NCBI GenBank assembly: GCA_963819175.1
Contig: CAWFVJ010000021.1
Coordinates: 129,632-193,631 of the forward strand
Length of the DNA stretch: 64,000 nucleotides
Direction of reading: 5' to 3'
Source: an uncultured Acidobacteriota bacterium
GTDB lineage: Bacteria; Acidobacteriota; Terriglobia; Terriglobales; Acidobacteriaceae
Below are positions 57,346 through 64,000 of this stretch, piece after piece; position 1 is the first letter of the stretch; every line of letters begins with the position of its first letter. Position numbers and translations under genes: made by a program. The notes beneath the pieces are model-generated. The model did not search any database. It was not told the origin of the DNA and worked only from the letters and a program-made list of their open reading frames with translations.

Positions 57346-59085
57346 GTGGATAACAAAGGCATCGCCAATATCCTGATCGAGACCGCCGATCTGATGGAGA
57401 TCGCGGGCGACGATTCGTTTCGCATACGTTCCTACCGCAATGCCGCCGAAGCCATTGAAGCTTTGCCGCGGCAGGTCGCCGAACTGATCGACGATCCCAA
57501 GAAACTGCTGGAGGTTCCCGGCATCGGCAAAGGCATGGCCGCGAACCTGCGAGAAATCTTTCAGGAAGGCGACCTGAAGCTGCACGCACAGCTACTGGAA
57601 AAATATCGCCCGTCGATGCTGGAGCTGCTCAAGATTCAGGGACTCGGTCCAAAAACCGTCAACCTGATCTGGCTGAATTTTCAGGTTTCCGACGTTACCG
57701 GGGTGGAGCAGCTTGCGCGCGAAGGCAAGCTGCGCGGCCTTCCGCGCATGAGCGAGAAGACCGAGCAGAAAATACTGAAGGCCATTCAAACTTATCGCGG
57801 CATTTCAGGCCGCTTCCACCTCGATGAAGCCGATCGCACGGCGGCCAAATTAATGGAGCACATCGGCCGGATGCCCGGAGTGGAGACGATGACTCCGGCC
57901 GGTTCGCTGCGTCGCGGACGCGAGACGGTGGGCGATCTCGACTTGCTCATCACCGGGCCCTGCTGCGCGCAGCCGGCAGAGCGCGACGCGCTCATCGAGC
58001 GCATTTTGCAGTTCCCCGGCATTGCCGATGTGCTGGCGCGCGGCGAAAACAAGGTCAGCTTCAAACTTCGCAGTGGTTTGCAAATCGACGTGCGTATCCT
58101 TCCGCCGGAGTCCTACGGCGCCGCCTTGCAATACTTCACCGGCTCCAAGGCGCACAACGTGGCCCTGCGTCAGCGCGCGCTAAAGCAGGGATTCACGCTC
58201 AACGAGTACGGCTTGTTCCAACTGGAAGGCAACCAACTGGCGGCCAGCGCCACCGAGGAGGAAATCTACGGCAAGCTCGGCCTCGACTGGATTCCGCCCG
58301 AGTTGCGCGAAAACTGCGGTGAGCTGGAGGCTGCCGAAAAGCACGCTTTGCCGCAGTTGGTGCGCCTGGAAGATATTCGCGGCGAAGTCCACATGCACAC
58401 GGTGGAAACCGATGGCCGTTGCACCATCGAAGAAATGGCGCTGGCCGCCCGCGAACGCGGCTACCAGTACATCGCCATCACCGAGCACTCCAAAAACCTG
58501 GCGTTCGCCAACGGGCTCGACGAGAAGCGGACCGTAGAGCATGCGCAGCGGCTTCGCCGCGCCAGCGAGCAGATCGAGGGAATCACCATCCTGGCGGGCA
58601 TAGAGGTCGACATCCTCGCCGATGGCGCGCTCGACCTGGACGACTCCGCACTGGCGCAGCTGGATGTTGTGATCGCCAGCGTACACTCGGCGTTTAACCA
58701 GGAACCGGCGCAGATGACCGAGCGTCTGCTGCGCGCCGTCGAGAATCGTTACGTCACCGCCATCGGCCATCCTACCGGGCGGCTGCTACTGCGTCGCGAC
58801 GCTTATCGTTTCGATCTCGACGCGGTGCTCAATGCGGCGGCCGCGCACAAGGTCGCGATGGAATTGAACGCCTATCCCGACCGGCTCGATCTTTGCGATG
58901 TGCATCTGCGCATGGCGCGCGAACGCGGAGTGAAGATATTCATCAACACCGACGCGCATCACACCTCGCATTTCGAAAAGCTGAAGTATGGCGTTCTCCA
59001 GGCGCGCCGAGCCTGGTTGACTGCTTCCGACGTGCTGAATACTCTGCCCCTCGACGAGCTGCTTGCCGCCATCAAGCGAGGGTAA
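57346..59085 (+). CDS. polX: DNA polymerase X family protein with C-terminal PHP domain
   Basis: N-terminal helix-hairpin-helix region IANILIETADLMEI..FRIRSYRNAA, GSLRRGRETVGDLDLL, PHP motifs HMHT and HS. GTG 57346 preferred. Confidence 0.9.
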   Translation: MDNKGIANILIETADLMEIAGDDSFRIRSYRNAAEAIEALPRQVAELIDDPKKLLEVPGIGKGMAANLREIFQEGDLKLHAQLLEKYRPSMLELLKIQGLGPKTVNLIWLNFQVSDVTGVEQLAREGKLRGLPRMSEKTEQKILKAIQTYRGISGRFHLDEADRTAAKLMEHIGRMPGVETMTPAGSLRRGRETVGDLDLLITGPCCAQPAERDALIERILQFPGIADVLARGENKVSFKLRSGLQIDVRILPPESYGAALQYFTGSKAHNVALRQRALKQGFTLNEYGLFQLEGNQLAASATEEEIYGKLGLDWIPPELRENCGELEAAEKHALPQLVRLEDIRGEVHMHTVETDGRCTIEEMALAARERGYQYIAITEHSKNLAFANGLDEKRTVEHAQRLRRASEQIEGITILAGIEVDILADGALDLDDSALAQLDVVIASVHSAFNQEPAQMTERLLRAVENRYVTAIGHPTGRLLLRRDAYRFDLDAVLNAAAAHKVAMELNAYPDRLDLCDVHLRMARERGVKIFINTDAHHTSHFEKLKYGVLQARRAWLTASDVLNTLPLDELLAAIKRG

Positions 59086-59185
59086 ATCCGCAGCAACTCA
59101 GGAACCCTGGAATGCCGCCCTTTGCATCTCATCAAATGGGCGGAGATTCAATACCCGGCATGAGCGGCCGGAGCAAGGAGGAACG

Positions 59186-59764
59186 ATGGCCAGTCCCTTG
59201 TCAAACCCGGGGTTCAATCCAGGTCCCGATCCGGACGATGCCGGTCATGTGCCTATGACCGAGGAGTTCGACAGCTTCAAGCACACCATGCCTTCGGCCG
59301 GTCCGGTCATCATCGGCATGGTACTACTGGCAATTGCCATAGGCGCGGCCGCATATTTCCTGCGCGCGACGCCAGTCGCCTCCGGCAGCATCGATCAGGC
59401 GTTTGCCGTCAACGTTCCGGGTCAGGATCTTGCGCTTGCCACCGTGCAACTCAGCCTGAAGAATATTTCTAAGAAGCCGCTTTTTCTGAAAAATGTGAAG
59501 ATCACGATCCGGACCAGCAAAGGCGAGTTCAGCGACGACTTCGGTTCGGTGTCCGACTTCGAACGCTACTTTCAGGCGTTCCCGGATTTGCGGCAACACT
59601 CCATTGCCGGGCTGATCCGTGAATCCCGTATCGCTCCGGGCGGCCAGTTATCAGGCAGCGTTGTGGTCAGCTTCCCGGTTACGAAAGAGACCTTCGACGA
59701 CCGGCAGGGAATGACGGCCACCGTCTCCTACTACGATCAGCGGCCCATCGAAATCAAACAGTAG
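59186..59764 (+). CDS. hypothetical single-pass membrane protein (192 aa)
   Basis: AAGGAGG upstream of ATG 59186. TM GPVIIGMVLLAIAIGAAAYFL followed by a beta-rich domain. Confidence 0.62.
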   Translation: MASPLSNPGFNPGPDPDDAGHVPMTEEFDSFKHTMPSAGPVIIGMVLLAIAIGAAAYFLRATPVASGSIDQAFAVNVPGQDLALATVQLSLKNISKKPLFLKNVKITIRTSKGEFSDDFGSVSDFERYFQAFPDLRQHSIAGLIRESRIAPGGQLSGSVVVSFPVTKETFDDRQGMTATVSYYDQRPIEIKQ

Positions 59765-59949
59765 GCCAGTTCCTGAGTTGCTATATCCGGTGTTCCCGAA
59801 AGGCGTCATCCCGACCGGAGCGAAGCGGAGTCGGAGGGGATCTTGTGTTTTTTCGGGCAAAGCCACAAGATTTCTCGACTCGCGCCAAAACACGGCGCTC
59901 GCTCGAAATGACGTTGATTTCCGGATACAGCATCTCGGGAAGCGCTCCA
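59762..59949 (+). mobile_element. MITE-like element, short form, copy E (about 188 bp)
   Basis: TAGGCCAGTTCCTGAGTTGCTATATCCGG ... GGAAGCGCTCCA. Lacks the internal block. Its first three bases form the stop codon of the upstream gene. Confidence 0.6.
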
Positions 59950-59976
59950 GCGCGTCATCTATTCGGTGGCCGCCCG

Positions 59977-60936
59977 TCACGCGCTTCCGATCAAAATGCC
60001 GGTCAGGAATACCAGCACTCCGCCGAGCACAACCTGCATCGTCGCGGCAAGCCACGGCGTATCCATGTAACGGGCGCGAATCCAGGAAATAGCAGCCAGC
60101 TCGAACGCAACCACAATGACGGCAACCGTCGTGGCCATTCCAAAGGAGTGGATCAGGAAGGGCAACGTATGTCCAATACCGCCGGCCGTCGTCATCAGTC
60201 CGCAGACCAATCCGCGCATCCATGGATGGCCGCGGCCGGTGAGACTGCCATCGTCGGAGAGCGCCTCGGCAAAGCCCATGCTGATGCCGGCGCCGATCGA
60301 TGCGGCCAGGCCCACGACGAAAGCGTCCCACGAACTCCTGGTGGCAAATGCCGCGGCAAAGACCGGGGCGAGGGTGGAAACGGAGCCGTCCATGAGGCCC
60401 GCCAGCCCCGGCTGCACGATCTGAAGCACGAAAAGCCTGCGGCTGACCTCGTCTTCTTCGCGCCGGACATCGGGTTGAAGGTTTTCCTTCCCCAACTCCT
60501 CGGCGCGCATCGCGTGCGACCGTTCCTCTTCCGCCAGATCTCCCAGCAACTGGCGCAAGCTGGCGTCCTGGGTAATTGCCGCCGTCTTCTCGTAGAAACG
60601 GCGAATCTCTAACTCCATGGCGCTCGCTTGTTTGCGCACCACATCGAGTCCAAGCGGCTTGTAGAGCCACACCGGGCGGCGCTTGACGAACCCTCTTACG
60701 TCATCGCGACGGATCAAGGGAATGTGTTCGCCAAACTTCTGCTTGTAGAGTTCGAAGAGACGATGCCGGTGAACCGACTCCTCCTGCCGCATGCCTTCGA
60801 ACACCTGGGCCGAAGCGGGATAATTCTCACGAAGTCCTTCGGCAAAATCGGCATAGATGCGCGCGTCTTCCTCTTCCAATTCAATCGCAAGGGCTAGAAC
60901 TTCCCGTTCGGAGAGGCTTTCAAAGTTTCTCATCAA
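59977..60936 (-). CDS. mbfA: erythrin (ferritin-like) plus VIT1/CCC1 fusion, MbfA-type iron exporter
   Basis: N-terminal four-helix ferritin-like ExxH motifs (EEEDARIY, QEESVHRHR, EEERSHAMR). C-terminal five-TM VIT1 domain (GLMDGSVSTLAPVFA). Confidence 0.82.
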   Translation of the reverse strand: MMRNFESLSEREVLALAIELEEEDARIYADFAEGLRENYPASAQVFEGMRQEESVHRHRLFELYKQKFGEHIPLIRRDDVRGFVKRRPVWLYKPLGLDVVRKQASAMELEIRRFYEKTAAITQDASLRQLLGDLAEEERSHAMRAEELGKENLQPDVRREEDEVSRRLFVLQIVQPGLAGLMDGSVSTLAPVFAAAFATRSSWDAFVVGLAASIGAGISMGFAEALSDDGSLTGRGHPWMRGLVCGLMTTAGGIGHTLPFLIHSFGMATTVAVIVVAFELAAISWIRARYMDTPWLAATMQVVLGGVLVFLTGILIGSA

Positions 60937-61069
60937 TTCCCCTGTTCCATGTCAGACGGCAACCGTAAACAGTATAAAAGTTGACCGCGGTATCAACCAG
61001 TGTAGTGTCTGATCCTATTGGAGAGTTTGAAATTGGAACTACGTTGTCGGCGCGTTTTTTCCCAGCTCG

Positions 61070-62869
61070 CTAATCGCTGCGCGACCAATCGCGAAGGTTG
61101 AGTTGCAGGTGTCCGCCGAAATCGCTATGACTATTGCGCTCGAGGGTAAAGGCGAGGTCCAGCAACTGGCCCGCCTCGAACGGATTGCTTTCGAATCGGG
61201 CCGCCATTCCCCAGCCGAGCGCCTCGATGCTGCGCGCCAGGCCTGAGCTGTTGTCCACTCCTCGCGCCAGCTTCAGCTTCAGGTGCTTGCCTTTCAGAAT
61301 TTTCGCCGGCGCAAGCGAGCGCGCTTTGCGTGCGATGAAGACCGGCTGCGGATTCCCCGCGCCAAATGGTTCCAGGCGGCAGAGCGCATCCCATAGCGGC
61401 GGCCCAATCTCATGCAGCGGAAGTTCCAGGTCGTATTCGAGCGCGGGCTCCAGGTCCTCGGGCCGCAGACGCACTTCGGCAAAGCGGTTCAGCCGCCGGC
61501 GCAACTCGGGCACGTGCTCGGAGCGCATCGCAAATCCAACCGCATGGGCATGGCCGCCAAAGCGAGTGAACAGTTCGGAACAATCTTCCAGCGCCTCCAG
61601 CAGATGAAATCCGGAAATGGATCGTCCCGAGCCATACGCCTCGTCTCCGTCGCGCGAAATCACCACCGCCGGATGATGATAGCGATCCACCAGTCGCGAC
61701 GCGCAGATGCCGATCACTCCGCGGTGCCACCCTTCACCGTCCAGCACCAGGCAAACGGCGGCGCACTCGGATGACTCTTCCAGTTGCGCAGCTATAGCTT
61801 CCAAAATGCGCGCTTCTTCCTGTTGACGGTCGCCGTTCAAGCGATCCAGGTTCCGGGCAATTTCCAGTGCGCGTGCCGGGACTTTCTCCGCGAACAGGTC
61901 AACCACGTTGCGAGCGACATCCATTCTTCCCGCGGCATTCATGCGCGGAGCAATGCGGAATGCGATCTCGGTCGCCGTGAGCGGTCGGCCTTGCTCGATG
62001 TTGGCAACCTCGAGCAATGCCCGCAGGCCGGGATTCACCGGATGCCGCAACTCATGCAGTCCGAGGCTGGCAAAGATGCGGTTTTCGCCGGTGAGCGGCA
62101 CCGCATCAGCAATGGTCGCAATGGCAACCACCTTCAGAAACGAGGGCACCAGGCGTGAGCGCCCGTTCATTTCCAGCAGCGCTTGCGCCAACTTGAAAGC
62201 TACTCCGGCTCCGCATAGGCCCTTGTCCGGATATGGGCAGTCTGCCCGGTTCGGGTTCAGCACCGCGAGCGCTTTCGGCAGGCCCTTGCCCGCTTGCGGC
62301 AGATGATGGTCGGTGACGATGAGGTCGAGATTCAACCTGCGGGCGGTCTCGGCGGCGGCAAAGGCCCTTATTCCCATGTCGACGCTGATGATGAGATGGA
62401 TTCCCTCGACGACGGCGCGCTCAATGACCTCGTCTCGCAGGTCGTAGCCCTCCAGCAGCCGGTGCGGCACGTGAAACTCGCACTGGCCGCCGCATAGCTC
62501 GATGGCCGTCTTCAGGATCACCGTGGCCATGGTGCCATCGACATCGTAATCGCCATAGACGAGCACGCGTTCGCCGCGCGCGATAGCCAGCGAAACGCGC
62601 CCGACGGCCGCCCGCATGTCGAGCATGAGATAAGGCGAGTGCAGGTCCGCCAGCGAGGGGTTCAGAAAACGGCTGGCCGCTTCCGCATCGCAAATCCCTC
62701 TGCGCGCAAGCAGAGTTGCAATCGTGAGCGGCAATTGCAAAGCTCGCGCCAACTCGCGCGCGCACTCATCAACGCCGGTGGGGGGGACTTCCGCGGCGAC
62801 CGGCGACTCACGTACTGAGGGTGGTGGTCCGGATGCGCGGCGCGCTGACGGTCTGGGAATCCAGCGCAA
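61070..62869 (-). CDS. recJ: single-stranded-DNA-specific exonuclease RecJ
   Basis: DHH motifs VYGDYDVDG, SVDMG, VTDHH, and the DHHA1 region. TTG track start uncertain. Confidence 0.9.
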   Translation of the reverse strand: MRWIPRPSARRASGPPPSVRESPVAAEVPPTGVDECARELARALQLPLTIATLLARRGICDAEAASRFLNPSLADLHSPYLMLDMRAAVGRVSLAIARGERVLVYGDYDVDGTMATVILKTAIELCGGQCEFHVPHRLLEGYDLRDEVIERAVVEGIHLIISVDMGIRAFAAAETARRLNLDLIVTDHHLPQAGKGLPKALAVLNPNRADCPYPDKGLCGAGVAFKLAQALLEMNGRSRLVPSFLKVVAIATIADAVPLTGENRIFASLGLHELRHPVNPGLRALLEVANIEQGRPLTATEIAFRIAPRMNAAGRMDVARNVVDLFAEKVPARALEIARNLDRLNGDRQQEEARILEAIAAQLEESSECAAVCLVLDGEGWHRGVIGICASRLVDRYHHPAVVISRDGDEAYGSGRSISGFHLLEALEDCSELFTRFGGHAHAVGFAMRSEHVPELRRRLNRFAEVRLRPEDLEPALEYDLELPLHEIGPPLWDALCRLEPFGAGNPQPVFIARKARSLAPAKILKGKHLKLKLARGVDNSSGLARSIEALGWGMAARFESNPFEAGQLLDLAFTLERNSHSDFGGHLQLNLRDWSRSD

Positions 62870-62871
62870 GG

Positions 62872-63336
62872 TCAGCGCTCATCGTCCGAGTCGGACTCGT
62901 CGATCGTTATGCTGCCGAAATCTTCCGCAAGGTCGAGCAACCGTTGGTAACGGTCATGCCACTCGCAGGAGATCTCGAACAGGAACATGACGCCCTGGTG
63001 CGGAAAAGCCAGTTGGATGTAACCGACCTTGCCGAGGTAGGTGCGCAACCAGCGCGCTTCTTCCACGTCCTCGTCGGTGGCGTAATTGGCGTGTTCGAGC
63101 CGGCGGATGAGGTAGTCGATGTCGACTGCCTCCAGCGACACGTCGTTCGTGACCAGAAATGGCGCGCCGCTTGCCTTCGCAAGCTCGACAAAATCTTTCC
63201 AGCTTTCAGGATTCTCGCCACTGTCCCAAACGATGCTGTTCAGCTCGTCGGGAACGTAACCACGAAAGCGGCGCATGCCGTGGCCTTCCGTGAAGGCGAT
63301 CATGTCGTCTTTCAGCGTACTGAGATCATCAAGCAT
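62872..63336 (-). CDS. hypothetical acidic protein (154 aa) upstream of recJ
   Basis: Coding-looking from MLDDLSTLKDDMIAF. Stop is 2 nt before the recJ start. Confidence 0.55.
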   Translation of the reverse strand: MLDDLSTLKDDMIAFTEGHGMRRFRGYVPDELNSIVWDSGENPESWKDFVELAKASGAPFLVTNDVSLEAVDIDYLIRRLEHANYATDEDVEEARWLRTYLGKVGYIQLAFPHQGVMFLFEISCEWHDRYQRLLDLAEDFGSITIDESDSDDER

Positions 63337-63535
63337 AAGAGCTGTCTGCTGTTTTATCAGAAGTCTGCCTGCTTTGCACGTCTCCGCCTGCCGGTTCACT
63401 GAGGCAACCGCGATCCCCGGCGAATGCTGTGGAGTTTGCTGGGATGGCAGGGCGGCACAGCCGTGTCTCGGTGCCATGTGCTAAGATAATTTTTTTCAAA
63501 GATATTGTTTTTTATCCGCTGCTCTTATTAACGAC

Positions 63536-63814
63536 ATGGTCCTCTCCCGAGAATACGTTAACTACCTGGCTCGTCAAATCGCCAAACGCCTTATCGTCGG
63601 CCAATTTGTGGAAGCCAAGGACGTGAACGCTCTGGCCGAGCGCATCGACAAGTCTCTCCATGAAGAACTGAGCGTCGAAGATCGCATCAACGAGGAAGTT
63701 CGCGCCATTCTGGAAGCGTACTCGGACGAGATGCGCCGAAGCGGTGCGAACTATCAGGATATGTTCAAGAGAGTGAAGGGCGAGTTGGTGCGCAAATATA
63801 AGGCGGTGCTATGA
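63536..63814 (+). CDS. DUF507-family protein
   Basis: LSREYVNYLARQIAKRLI...EEVRAILEAY pattern recalled from DUF507 proteins. Confidence 0.7.
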   Translation: MVLSREYVNYLARQIAKRLIVGQFVEAKDVNALAERIDKSLHEELSVEDRINEEVRAILEAYSDEMRRSGANYQDMFKRVKGELVRKYKAVL

Positions 63815-64000
63815 GAATTAGCCACGACAAGGTGAGCCGCCTAACCAAGAGCGTCTTCGATTCGCTGAGAGAATACGAGCAACTGATCTTCGTCGAGGAC
63901 CCGCAGACGATCCGGCAGGAGATCCGCGCCGCTCTGGAGCACCTGCTGAACCAGGAAGAAGGGCTCGACAAAGCCGCCCGGCAGAAGATCGAGTCTCAAA
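63811..64000 (+). CDS. second DUF507-like protein (5' part; runs off window)
   Basis: ATGA overlap with the previous gene. MRISHDKVSRLTKSVFDSLREYEQLIFVEDPQTIRQEIRAALEHLL. Confidence 0.6.
   Translation, partial: MRISHDKVSRLTKSVFDSLREYEQLIFVEDPQTIRQEIRAALEHLLNQEEGLDKAARQKIESQ

Overview
GC-rich (about 60%) bacterial chromosomal segment. Gene content and the intergenic repeat families suggest a soil Acidobacteriota-type genome, but that is an unverified guess. Most of the window is housekeeping: tatA/tatC, an S41 Ctp protease, rlpA, thiD, mlaEF, topA-dprA, futalosine menaquinone genes (mqnA, mqnC/E-like, mqnD-like), a GT2 synthase, an HD-GYP protein, an orphan nuoB, a cold-shock cluster (RRM protein, two csp genes, DEAD-box helicase), tRNA-Ala(CGC), ribA, a NUDIX hydrolase, PolX, an MbfA-like iron exporter, recJ and DUF507 genes. 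Four accessory or unusual parts stand out. (1) A 5.76-kb IS1595-like passenger transposon (6672-12432) has near-perfect inverted ends and an 8-bp target duplication. It sits inside a palindromic repeat, carries a nested IS21 element with its own 7-bp duplication, has a heavily frameshifted transposase, and carries a low-GC cargo (DUF3800 protein plus several tiny zinc-ribbon/membrane ORFs). This cargo is my best candidate for an uncharacterised system. (2) A beta-1,2-glucan-type locus (36.6-51.0 kb) holds an MFS sugar porter, a GH3 beta-glucosidase, two GH144-like glucanases, a GT84-type synthase lacking the GH94 domain, and an ABC exporter. Its distal 9 kb has at least six frame breaks. (3) Intergenic DNA is densely built from modular palindromic repeats and a MITE-like element family with long and short forms. 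(4) A 19-unit heptanucleotide microsatellite lies next to a methyltransferase/zinc-ribbon gene pair. I found no CRISPR array, rRNA or prophage. Many long ORFs in the track are antisense shadow ORFs or repeat-derived, and several listed N-termini were trimmed to plausible starts.
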